Shown here piece after piece: positions 35,001 to 45,059 of a DNA stretch of 53,517 nt. Under the pieces are notes generated by a model. That model made no database searches. It saw only the letters and a list, made by a program, of their open reading frames with translations, and was not told the origin of the DNA. Source of the DNA: Pelagomonas calceolata (taxonomy: Eukaryota); assembly GCA_918797485.1 (NCBI GenBank), contig CAKKNE010000003.1, positions 5,332,001-5,385,517 of the forward strand, written 5' to 3'. The translations under genes were made by a program, and so were the position numbers. Each line of letters begins with the position of its first letter. Position 1 is the first letter of the stretch.

Positions 35001-35696
35001 CGACCAAGGCGCTGCTCCGCCACAAGCTCGCCGTCTCGTCGCTCGACGAGTTCGCCACCGGGTCGCGGTTCCGCCGGACGTACGGCGAGGCGTACCCCGA
35101 CGAGGTCGTCGCCGACGCCGACGTGCGCCGCCTCGTCCTGTGCTCGGGAAAGATCTACTACGAGCTCCTCGAGGCGCGCCGCCGGCTCGACGGCCCCTCG
35201 GACGTCGCGCTTGCCCCCGCGCGGAGATCAACGTCCCGGGCGCCTTGCCTTCACTATCTGCCCGACGCTAGCCGGATGTGCCCGCCGAGGCGGGGACCTT
35301 TCGCGAAGCACCCTGCGCTCGAGCCGCCTGACCGGCAGATGTCCACGCAGGCTCGTCCGCGTCGAGCAGATTTCGCCGTTCCCGTTCGACCAAGTCGCCG
35401 CGTACGCCGCGACGTACGCCAACGCGGAGGTCGTCTGGGCCCAGGAGGAGCCCAAGAACCAGGGCGCCTGGTATTTCGTCCGCGACCGCATCATGACCGC
35501 CACGCGCGTCCTCAACCGCCGCGAGGTCCGCCCGGGCTACTGCGGCCGCGAGACCATGGCGTCCACCGCCGAGGGCTACGGCGCCGTCCACGACGCGCAG
35601 CAGAAGCACATCATCGACGTCGCCCTCTCCGACGAGCTCTCGGCCCTGCCGTTTGGCGCACTCGCCGCGGAGGATGACCGCGAGGCGGCCGCCTGA
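32074..35696 (+). CDS. OGDH: 2-oxoglutarate dehydrogenase E1; introns 32539-32630, 32714-32877, 33171-33235, 34809-34923, 35209-35350
   Basis: DPASVHSSW, TYCGTVGVE, KRFGLEG, GMPHRGRLN, GDVKYHLG, HGDAAFAGQG, WEAQFGDF, GPEHSS, TPANYFHALRRQ, QEEPKNQG after splicing. Confidence 0.96.
32539..32638 (+). mobile_element. Introner element: 84-bp MITE (32547-32630) with perfect 8-bp TSD
   Basis: GTCGCCGG-CTGTGTGGAAATCAA...TTGATTTCCACACAG-GTCGCCGG; GT donor in the TSD, AG acceptor at the TIR end. Confidence 0.95.
32714..32885 (+). mobile_element. Introner element: 156 bp (32722-32877)
   Basis: TSD GTACCGCG/GTACTGCG; same TIRs; first 29 nt identical to the neighbouring 84-bp copy. Confidence 0.95.
35209..35358 (+). 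mobile_element. Degenerate introner (GC-AG intron 35209-35350)
   Basis: TSD GCTTGCCC/GCTCGTCC; ends CCGCGCGGAGATCAA..CAGATGTCCACGCAG (11/15 each to the young TIR). Confidence 0.8.
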
Positions 35697-36347
35697 GCCT
35701 CGCCGGTTGTTCTCCCTCCCGCCGCTAGGTACCGGGCTAGATCTAACGCAAGCTGGCCAACGAACCGATAAGGCCAGACGACAAGTCGAGGCTGAACCCC
35801 GGATGCCAGTGACCGGTCCGAGTCGCAATCCAGCTGCCGAAAGTAAGCCTCGGGGAACTCGGAGGAATAAGAGTAAGGCTTTGCCTGGCACCATGCCATT
35901 ATTGGAGTAAGCCAGGGGGGCCTGCCCGTGATGCGGACCGCCGTGTCCGCCGTCCTCGATTTCAATCATCTATTTATTTATTTTGGAGGCAACAGGAACT
36001 TCTTCTTTTTGACCGCAACAAGCAGATCGCTGTGGGCCCGGGCCGTTTGCCTCCAATGAATAAAAATAGAACATAAATCCAATGAATGGATAAATTGAAA
36101 TCGCTATACGCCTTGACGGTAGCCTGGGGCTCGGTCTCCTCCCGGGCCGAGTGACTCCCTGACGTACTAGCAACTCAGGCTAAATCAAGATTACAAATCG
36201 GCGACTCGGAGGACGGAGGACGCATGGGTCACGATGGTCTCCCTACTTCTAAGGCCTTCGCCCGCATCATGATGGCGTCCCCAGGCCCGGGCTCCCGGGG
36301 GCGTGGAGCCAGGAAATCCCCAGAGAATATAACACAGGCCCTGGGTC

Positions 36348-38430
36348 CTAAACCCCCTTCCCTAGGGATTCGTCGCCGGAGCACGGGGGAAAGGCTGGCG
36401 CCGGCGGTGCCGCAGCGAAGGCCACAGGCTGGGATCCGGGTGGTACGGCTCCAAACGGGACGCAAGGCTGGCCTGGCAAGGCACCGAGGGTTTGTTGCGG
36501 CAGCCCCGGTACCATCGGGACGCCAAGAGGTATGGGGATGAGCGACCGCGGCAAATACGTCAACGACGGCGGTGGAAATCCCGGTCGCGGGGCAGCGGGC
36601 CCGGGCGCGGGCAGCGGCGGCACGACCGGGGGCGTGCCTTCGATCGACGTCCGCGAGAACTGGGCCACGAGCTGGTTCATGATGGACGCCTGACCCCGCT
36701 CGTTGAGAAAGCGGAAGTACGGGAGCAGCGACAGCGGCACGTCCTGCTCCCCCGCCGCCGCCGCCGCGACGGCGGCGCTCGCGGCGCGGCGCAACTCGGC
36801 CTCGCGCGGTGCGCAGGGAACGCCGTCGGTGCCCGCGTCGCGAGGCGCGGCGGCGCGCGGCGTCCCCGTCGGCGTGTCGCGCGCGAACGAGTCCGTGGAC
36901 AGGAGCGTGACCGCGCCCGCGAAGTCCGCGTCGGCGTCGGCCACGCGCGGCGAAAAGTCGATGCCAAAGTCGTCGTCGCCGCCGCGCGCCTCGCCGCCGC
37001 GCGTCGCCGCGTCCGCGTCCGCGTCGAACGACGCGAGGATATCCGACGTCGCCGCCAGCAGACCCTGCTCGCCGAGCCCGCCCGCGCGGTCGACGTCGAG
37101 GAGCTCCGTGACCTGCGCGGACGACGTCCCCCGAAAGGCAGCGACGACGCCCCCCCCCCCCCCCCGAATGCGCGCGACGTCCCGCGCGGTCAGCGACTGG
37201 CGAGCTCATCAGCGACGACGCGCCGCCCACGTCGACGTCGTCGAACCCCAGCGCGAGCGCGGGCGGGCGGAGCGCCGCGGCGGCGCGCGTCGAGGAAGCG
37301 CGCGCGTGCGCCCCGGCGGCCGCCGCCGCGGGCGCCGCCGACGCCGGGGGCGGCGCGTCGTCCGGGAGGCCGCGGTCGCGGAGCCATCGCTTCCGCGCGG
37401 ACGAGTTCCAGCGGTTCTTGACGGCGTTTTCGGTCCGGCCGGGCAGGAGCTTGGCGATCTCGCTCCAGCGGTTGCCGTGGACCTGCGGAATGAACCAGCG
37501 AATCGAGAATTCTTCGCGACGCGCGCCGTCTCGGCCAGAACGCGGTCCTTCGGCACCTTGAAGTTTTTGATTCCGCCGCCCTGCCGCGGACGCGCTGCGT
37601 CTCGAAGAGGACCGCGTCCTCGTCGGGCGTCCAGTCGCCCTTTTTGATGTCGGGGTCGAGGTGGTTGAACCACCGCTCGCGACACTGCTTGCCGATGCGC
37701 CCCGGCAGCTGCGCCGCGATCACGCTCCACTTGATGTTCCCCGCGCCGTGGCGCAGCACCATGTCGCGGACGACGCGGTCCTCGGCCGCCGTCCACCTGT
37801 GTGGATCTCAAATTCCAGGCGCTTCACGCCGTCGACGCGCCGTCGTCTCCGTAACTGCGTTTGCGAAGCTGACTCGCCGGTTGGTTTCCACACGGCCGCC
37901 CACGGCCCCTTGCTGAGGCCCGGCCGCAAGACCTTGTTCCAGCGGTGGAGGCACTGGACGTCGGACCGGACGGTGCCCAGCAGCATCGCGAGCCGCTTCC
38001 AGTTCTTCGCGCCGAATGTCTCGACGATCTCCCTCAAACGACGATCTTCCTCCTCCGTCCACTTCCCGCCAACGGGCGCCCTGCGCGGCGGACGGTATTT
38101 TATGTCGACGGCGGCGCCGCGCAGCATCGCTGCCCCGCGTGCCGGCGGCGCCCGCGCGGCGGACGGCGGCGCGGCGAGTGGCGCGCGCGCGGCGTCCGGC
38201 GGTAGACTCGCCGCGCCGCCGTCCGCCGCGCGCGCGGCCCGCTTCGCCTGGCCGCTCCGCGTGGCGGTCGCGGGACCGCCTCCGCTGCTGGCGTCCTCCT
38301 CCCGCATCTCGCGCTTGACCTGGGGCGCCCGGCCCATTGGCGTGTTCTTGAGGACCATGCGCTCGCCCTCGGCGCGCGCGGCGAAGTCCCGCCCGTTGGG
38401 AGAGCGGGGCGCGTTCGGGGGCGGGTCCAT
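36348..38430 (-). CDS. R1R2R3 (3R) MYB transcription factor; join(38430..37904,37796..37592,37482..37198,37112..36348)
   Basis: Three MYB repeats: [68 protein letters not shown]. Confidence 0.92.
37789..37903 (-). mobile_element. Introner element (37797-37895) in MYB repeat 2
   Basis: - strand GTGGGCGG-CCGTGTGGAAACCAA...TTGAGATCCACACAG-GTGGACGG; removal restores KGPWTAAED. Confidence 0.92.
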
Positions 38431-38503
38431 CGCCGCGGTGGTGCCGCCCACGTGCTGCCCGGAACCGCAATTAATAATTTATTTATTAGTTGAGACAGGT
38501 CGC

Positions 38504-38563
38504 AGTACGCGGTACTGCGGTACCGTAGGTACCACTGGTACCAGCAAGTACCGTAGGTACCGT
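38504..38563. promoter_or_regulatory. GGTACC array ~75 bp upstream of the MYB ATG
   Basis: gtacgcggtactgcggtaccgtaggtaccactggtaccagcaagtaccgtaggtaccg. Confidence 0.55.
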
Positions 38564-38564
38564 G

Positions 38565-38735
38565 TATCAAGAGTATGTCGCAGCGTTATGTAAAGTAGCA
38601 GGGTGTTAGCTAACCAGCCGAGGGCTGGCTAGACCTGACTACGAGAGTGTTTTATAGTGAACTGTTGTTACACCGTAGTGCTTTTGACACTCGATGTATA
38701 GACTCAAATATTAGAGAGTGGGAGATACATATCTA
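38565..38735 (-). mobile_element. Copia-family LTR, truncated copy
   Basis: Near-identical to the reverse complement of ~47554-47724. Confidence 0.8.
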
Positions 38736-39008
38736 AGACTCGGAACTTGAAATGGATCTCAGTGAATACCACTAACCGATCGTCGGAGTCAATGTGAACC
38801 GTTTGCCAGTGATATACTTCATTCATATCACCAACCAGAACTTTAGGCAGGTTTATCCCAAACCTTCTGAAACAACTAGGCACATAAATATAGGCCCGGG
38901 GGCTTGAATCTATAACTAGACTCCGGTCGCGCCTCCGAGGAGGCTCCGCCGCCCGCGTCCCGCGGGGGGAAAATCGCACTTCTCTTAATTTTACCACACA
39001 CACAAACC

Positions 39009-41189
39009 TCAAGCGCTCCGTGGTGCGAGCCTCGCGTCGCGGACGAGCAGCGCGACGGACGCGCGCGTCGCCGCGGCGAGCGCGGTGGCGTCGTCCTCGG
39101 GGCACACGGCGTCGACGACGTCGTCGCGGTCGAGGCGGAACGCGGGCGTCGCGTCGTGCGGGCCCGCCGCGCGACCGTCGTCGCCGTCGAGCCGCGCGAG
39201 GTCGAAACACGAGACGCCGCCTCGGACGTCGACGGCCGCGACGAACGCGGCGCCGAGGGCGACGGCGACGACAGCGGCGGGCGCGGCGCACCTGAGGCAG
39301 CGCCGTCGCGCCACGGGGTCGACGACGGGCGCGCGTCGGTCGAGCGCCCAGACGACGACCTCGTCCGCGGCGGCGACGGCCACGAGGCAGCGGTCGCCGC
39401 GGTCGCGGACGGCGACGGCCCGCGCGACTCCCCTCAAGCCGCCGACGGTCGCGAGCGCGCCGGACGGCGCGACCGCGCGGACGGACTTCGCGCCGGGGCC
39501 GCGAACGCAGGTCCAGGACGCGGCTGCCACCGCCGTCGCGCCGCGCGCGCCGTCGCGCCGCGCGGACGGCGTCGTCGCGCCCGTCGCCGCGGTCCACGCC
39601 GCCACCGCTCCGCGCGCGAACGTCGCCGCGACGACGCCGCGACGGCAGCAGAGCGCCGTGACCCGGCCCCCGTCTGGCACGTCGCCGTCAAGACGCGCGC
39701 GCGGCCGCGCCGTCGCCGCGGCGCCGTCCGGCGGCGCGAGCAGGTGCAGCTCGCCGCCGCGCGCGAGCGCGACGCGCGCGCCCGACGCGGCGACGAGCGG
39801 GCCGGCGCCCAGACGTAGGCCCGCCGGCGCGCGCGCGAGGAGCGTCCGCGTCCGCGCGAGGCGCCCGTCGCCGCCGAGCTCGTACAGCTCCGCGCCGCCG
39901 TCGACCGTCGCGGCGACGACGGCGCCGCCGCGCGCGACGGCCGTCGCCGCGCAGCGCGCTCCGGCGTCGCGCGCCGCCGCGACGGCGCCGCCGCCGCGCG
40001 GAAACCGCGCGACCTTGAGCGCGCCGTCGACGGCGAGCGCCACGACGACGGCGTCGCCCGCGGCGGCCGCCGCCGCGGGCGCGCCGGGCGCGGCGTCGCC
40101 GTCGTCGTCGGGCGCCGCGCGCGCGGCCAGCGCCGCGGGCGGCGCTGGCTCGGCGCGCGGCGGCGCGCGTGGGGCGGCGACGGCGCGCCCGTCGACGTCG
40201 AGGCGCTCGGCGACGGCGCCGGCGAACGGCCACGAAGCCGCGCGGAGCGAGGGCGCGAGGCGCCGGAGGTCGATCGCGCGCGGGGCGGCAGCGACGCGCT
40301 CGGTCTTGGTTCGGTAGCACACGCGGCCGTCGAAGAAAAACGTCACGTCGCGGACGCGCGCGAAGCGCCCGAGCACGACGATCGTCTGCCGGAGCACGAG
40401 GAACCACGTGCGCCGCGTCGTCGCCACCGAGCAGTCGAGCGCCGAGAGGCCGCCGTCGTGCAACGCGTCCTCGAAGAGCGGGACGCGGGTCCGGTACTCG
40501 ACCGGGTCGGCGCGCCACGCCGCTTCGACGGCCTCGCGCGACGCGGCGGCCGTCGCCGCCGCGTCCTCGACCCACGCGGGCGCCGCCGCCGGAGCGCCGC
40601 GCGGGGGCCGTTTCTCCGGCGCCCAGAGCCGCTCTCTCAGCGCGCGCTCCACGGCCTCCGCGACGCGGCTCCCGTCCGGCGCCCCGTCGCCGGCGCGGCC
40701 CAGCGTCCCGCCGTAGTCGGTCTCGAACGTCCAGTCCCACGCCGGCGCCGGCCGCGCGCGCGCGTCGTCGGCCTCGCTGGCCCCGCCGGCGCCGCGCCGC
40801 GCGCGCGCGACGGCCGCCGCCTCTTCCTGCGCCCAGAACGGCGACCGCTCGCACCTGGCGAACGCGCCGGCGGCGTCGCGCGAAGCCGACAGGGCCGCCC
40901 AGCCGCGCAGCGCGTGGAGGGCGTCGATTGCGACGCGCGCGCCCGTCGGCGCGTGCACGGCCTCGACGAACGACCGTCCGTGCACGGCCTCGGGCACGTG
41001 CGCGGCCACGCCGCACAGGTCGAGCGCGCCGCACGGACAGTCGGCCGGCGGGCCGGGCCCGGCGACGCACCACGGCCGCCGCGGCGCGAACCACGACGCG
41101 CAGAGGCTCCGCGTCTCCGCGGACCGCAGCATCGGGCCGGCGCGCACGCGCAGCTCCCAGTCGCCCGCGTGGACGACCGCATTATGCAT
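39009..41189 (-). CDS. TIP41/TIPRL-like domain followed by a degenerate WD40-like region
   Basis: WDWTFETDYGGTL and VPLFEDALHDGGLSALDCSV match TIP41 motifs; C-terminal half has repeated V.A.A..G.V..W/FD strands. Confidence 0.7.
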   Translation of the reverse strand: MHNAVVHAGDWELRVRAGPMLRSAETRSLCASWFAPRRPWCVAGPGPPADCPCGALDLCGVAAHVPEAVHGRSFVEAVHAPTGARVAIDALHALRGWAALSASRDAAGAFARCERSPFWAQEEAAAVARARRGAGGASEADDARARPAPAWDWTFETDYGGTLGRAGDGAPDGSRVAEAVERALRERLWAPEKRPPRGAPAAAPAWVEDAAATAAASREAVEAAWRADPVEYRTRVPLFEDALHDGGLSALDCSVATTRRTWFLVLRQTIVVLGRFARVRDVTFFFDGRVCYRTKTERVAAAPRAIDLRRLAPSLRAASWPFAGAVAERLDVDGRAVAAPRAPPRAEPAPPAALAARAAPDDDGDAAPGAPAAAAAAGDAVVVALAVDGALKVARFPRGGGAVAAARDAGARCAATAVARGGAVVAATVDGGAELYELGGDGRLARTRTLLARAPAGLRLGAGPLVAASGARVALARGGELHLLAPPDGAAATARPRARLDGDVPDGGRVTALCCRRGVVAATFARGAVAAWTAATGATTPSARRDGARGATAVAAASWTCVRGPGAKSVRAVAPSGALATVGGLRGVARAVAVRDRGDRCLVAVAAADEVVVWALDRRAPVVDPVARRRCLRCAAPAAVVAVALGAAFVAAVDVRGGVSCFDLARLDGDDGRAAGPHDATPAFRLDRDDVVDAVCPEDDATALAAATRASVALLVRDARLAPRSA

Positions 41190-41233
41190 CGCTATGGCTA
41201 TGCCACCTCTATGCCATCCGCCAAAAATCTAGC

Positions 41234-41297
41234 TACCGCAGTACCGGTACCGAGTACCAGGTACGGTTACCTGCCGCAGGTACCGTGGTACCTACGG
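41234..41297. promoter_or_regulatory. GGTACC array within the ~195-bp gap between divergent TIP41-like and PPTase genes
   Basis: taccgcagtaccggtaccgagtaccaggtacggttacctgccgcaggtaccgtggtacctacgg. Confidence 0.6.
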
Positions 41298-41383
41298 ACG
41301 CCCCCAATTCGCCTCCATGCTCCGCGGCGGAGCATCATCTCTAAATTGCAACTTGCCTGGTCCCCCAGACGGCTCCAGACTGC

Positions 41384-42292
41384 ATGCTCACACCCACAAA
41401 AACCGGCCTCTCGACGCTCGCGCTGGCCGCGAGCTGCGGCGTGCGCTGCCTAGAGGTCCGCACTAGCTGCGGCGTTCGTTCGTCGCGCGCGAGGCGGCGC
41501 GTGTCGGCGCGCCGCGCCGGCGGCGACGGCGCGTGGGCGACGGTGCTCGACCTCGACGTGCCCGGTGCCGGCCGCATCGTGGGCGTCGCGATGCCGCAAG
41601 GCGTCGGCGTCGAGCGCGCGCGCGCGCCGCCAGCCGGGTCGCCGGTCCTCGCCGAGCTGGCGCCGGCCGAAGTCGCGTTTCCCCTCGACAACGCCTTCTC
41701 GGAACCTGCCGCGCGCGACTTCTGGGGCGGGCGCCTCGCGCTACGGCGCGCGGCCGCGGCGGCCGGCGTCGCCGCCGGCCCGGAGCCCTTGCTTCGATTA
41801 GCGACCGGCGCGCCGCGCGCGCCCCCCGGCGCGGTCGCGTCCGTCTCGCACAAGCGGCCGCTTGCCGTAGCGCTCGCGCGCGCGGCCGAGGCCGCGCCGC
41901 GCGCGGGCGGCGTCGGCGTCGACGTCGAGCGCGCGCGCGAGCCGCGCGCCGGCGCCGCGCGCCTCGCGCGCCGCGTCGTTCGCGCCGACGAGCGCCGCGC
42001 CTACGCCTCGCTGCGCGGCGTCGTCGACGTGCGCGTCCGCGCGGCGCTCTTCTTCTCGCTCAAGGAGGCAGTCTACAAGGCCGTCGCCGGCGACGCGGCC
42101 GCGGGCCTCGCGCTACGCCACATCCGCCTCGGCCCGTTCGTCGACGACGCTTGCGGCGTTCGCGTCGACAACGGCGTGCTGCCCGCCGGCGCCGCTGTCG
42201 ACGCCAGGTGGCGCGTCGCGCGGATTCCCGCCGGCGACGACCGCGTTTACTTCCTCTCGACCGCGACGTACCGTCGGGCGCCCGGGGCCTGA
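41384..42292 (+). CDS. 4'-phosphopantetheinyl transferase (EntD/Sfp type)
   Basis: FWGGRLALRRA, GAP..PPGAVASVSHK, GVGVDVE, FSLKEAVYKA. Confidence 0.88.
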   Translation: MLTPTKTGLSTLALAASCGVRCLEVRTSCGVRSSRARRRVSARRAGGDGAWATVLDLDVPGAGRIVGVAMPQGVGVERARAPPAGSPVLAELAPAEVAFPLDNAFSEPAARDFWGGRLALRRAAAAAGVAAGPEPLLRLATGAPRAPPGAVASVSHKRPLAVALARAAEAAPRAGGVGVDVERAREPRAGAARLARRVVRADERRAYASLRGVVDVRVRAALFFSLKEAVYKAVAGDAAAGLALRHIRLGPFVDDACGVRVDNGVLPAGAAVDARWRVARIPAGDDRVYFLSTATYRRAPGA

Positions 42293-42514
42293 TGTAATCT
42301 ATCCTCCTGCTAATTGCCGCGGGCACCACCCGTTCTCGGGCCTGGCCGGCCCAGGGGGCTCACCCTGCATACGGATTTTCGATAGGTACGATCTGACTGG
42401 GGAACGACATAAAAAATCAGGACCGAGGGCGTTGGAGCGCTTCGAGGGTTCAAGCATTGGCGGTGTTCACTGGCACAGGTAGATGGCACAGGGGGCCCCG
42501 GCCCGCAGGGAGTC

Positions 42515-42633
42515 CAGGGTGGCAATCCGAGACGAAGTAGCCGGGAGAGACCGGTAACTCTTCCTACTAGGGAGGAATAAATTTCGATTTTCGGAAAGTA
42601 GTTATAAGTAATATACAACAGACGCGCGCGCGG
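42515..42633. mobile_element. Isolated end of the hAT-like family seen at 48943 and 51824
   Basis: CAGGGTGGCAATCCGAGACGAAGTAGCC... aligns to 48943-49060, then diverges; no second TIR found. Confidence 0.8.
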
Positions 42634-43009
42634 CTCACTGATGATGAAATAGTTATGTCCATTTCAAGTTTTACACCAAAATGACCTGTTTTCGCTCATA
42701 TATGCAAGATTTTCGCTCTAAGGCGAGCGAAAATTTTCAGACACGATCGGAACACATTTCGTTGATAAAAATGGGTCATAACCATGCGCCCCTTTTTGCC
42801 GACAAAACCCGATTTCCCCCCAGCCAGGCAATCGATCAGCAGGCACTCTAAGCAGACACATTAGCAAACGCAGGTCCAGTAATATTGCTATCAACATCAG
42901 AAGAAGTTTGATAACCTTGACCAGTAACATAAGTCGAACTTAAAACACTGGCATCCGACTCGGATGAAGTTTTACTACTAGCCCCTATCAGCCCCGTACT
43001 GCAGTGGGC

Positions 43010-44324
43010 TCAGGACGGCTCTCGGGACGGATGCGGGTACACCGGCAGCGCTGCCGTGAGCGCCACCGCCAGGGCCTCGACGGGAGCGCGCGCATTCCAG
43101 CACCAATGCGTCTGGTCCATCTGGCCCCGGTCGCCGAAGTTGTGCGAGTATCGCCGATCGGCGAGGAGCAGGTGCGTGTGGACGAACCTCGCGTGCGGTA
43201 GGAGCCGGAGAACGACGTGTTTGGCGACTCGATCCCGCCACGCGCCCGCCGTGTTCAGCGTGGCGAAGTCGCGGAGCCGCGCGCCCCCGACTGTGTGCTG
43301 CGGGCTGTGCGTCAGGAAGACGACGTGGCGCTGGGGACTGCGCGTGCGTAGGTACACGGCGAGGCGCACGAGCGCGGCGGCAAACGTGCATTGGTCCCGG
43401 TCCTCTCCAACTCCGTAGGTCGGCACGTCGGCCCGGAGAAGCGCATAGTACACCTCTCGTTTGTACTTTTTATTGGGCCGTGCCGTCGTTGCGCGCGCCG
43501 CGGCGCGCGCGGCCAGGGCGTCGATTGCGGCGATCGACTCGTTCCACGGTTGGAAGAAGACCTCAGGCGCGAAGATGACGCCGTCCTCTCGACATGTTGT
43601 CTTCGAGGCGTTCCAGTTGTACCACAGGCCGATCTGCACGAGTAGCGTCGCGTTCGGGTGGTTTTGGAGTTTCTGCAGGGAATAATCGAGAACCTCTCCG
43701 TCCAACGGCACGACGTGCAGCGGCACCCCGACGGGTCTCGTCGCATCCGCCTCCGCCGTGCCCGAGCAGCGGAGCGCGTCGTAGTGCCACGACGCGGCCG
43801 CGGACAAACCGAGGGCGACGCTGTCGCCCATGAAAATAAATTTCCACCGTTGTCGTGCGGCGATTCGCAGCGCGTCGAAGGGGCTCGCGATCCGGCACCT
43901 GCGGATGCGAACGCTCGGCCCGAGAATACCCGCTCGGACCAGACACCGGGACCCGCGGCCGTGCAAGGACGTAGGTCGCCTTGTCCTCTCTCGCGCGTCG
44001 TTCGCGATCCGAGTCCGTCCACTCGCACGGGATCTCGCCGTTGTGCTTCGTGACGCACATCTCCTCGCCGGCCACGAACCGGCTGCACAGATTCGTGGGT
44101 TCGAGCGCCGCGGCGTAGCAGCGGCGAGCGGCCGCAGTCCAGCCGCCCGCCGCAACATCCTCCCACCGTCCCTTGACGTCGTTGCCCCTACACCACGTCG
44201 GCGGCGCCTCGCGCCGCGGCCAAAAGTCGTCGTCGCGGAGAGCAGCGCATGCGTCCGGGTCACAAGTGGGGACCGCTGCTACCAGGAAGCGCCAGGGATA
44301 AATTGCGGCGACGCAGGCCGTCAT
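43010..44324 (-). CDS. PC-esterase/TBL-like SGNH protein (putative polysaccharide O-acetyltransferase); intron acceptor at 43899, start uncertain
   Basis: FIFMGDS and MDQTHWC (GDS..DxxH) motifs; LVQIGLWY; Cys-rich N-terminal exon with KGRW. Confidence 0.7.
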
Positions 44325-45059
44325 TATTTTTGCAAGATGGGGCTGCCTCGGCGTGAGCATTCCGCCGCGAACGCCTACAGACAGCGTAAATTGCGCTAAA
44401 CTAAGACCGCATGAGTTGTCTGTTGCCCCGCGCCAGTCAAGGTCCACCTGCCAAGGCCAGGCCTGGAGATCCTGGATGGGGGGTTGGCCGGGGTTGGAGA
44501 ATCCGTCCTCAAACTCAAACCTACGCGTTTCACGCGTCTAAAACTTACACCTAAGCGCAAAACCTGTACGCCTTAATTTTCGGGTTTTGCCAAAAGCAGC
44601 AACCGTTTTTCGAGGAGGAGTCACTATGAATGACTATGAGTGACTGTCGGCATCAGATCAGTCTGATAAAGGATTTAGTCGTATGGATGGGCGGGCGAAT
44701 GATCACGGCCGACATCGACATTGCGGCCGACATGATCCCGTCGTACGAACAAAATGACGGCTCGCTCACGAAATTTGATAAGGGCCCCCACGCTCGGAGC
44801 GAGGGCCTATGTGCCCCTCCCCTACCCCTCTATAAAGCTCCTGGGGTGAATAACCCGTCTAACGGGCACTCACCCGAGTAATAAAGCCAGGCCTGCGGCA
44901 CCAGGGGCTAATAATCCCTGGGTCTGGTCCCAGGGGAGTTACTTGCAACCTAGGGCGCCACTAGAGGGCGCCGCGGCATCTGATAAAGTAGAAATCGAGG
45001 ACGTTCGCAAGAGGGAAGGCTACCCTCCCCCCTCTGAGTAGCTGCATGTGGAGGTCTCC

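Noticed and set aside
36348..38430. Nucleosome-length spacing of introner insertions
   Set aside because: Internal exon lengths (83, 189, 205, 285, 285, 293 bp) are too few and too scattered to support periodicity.
41384..42292. PPTase as marker of a PKS/NRPS cluster
   Set aside because: No synthase or carrier-protein genes in the window.
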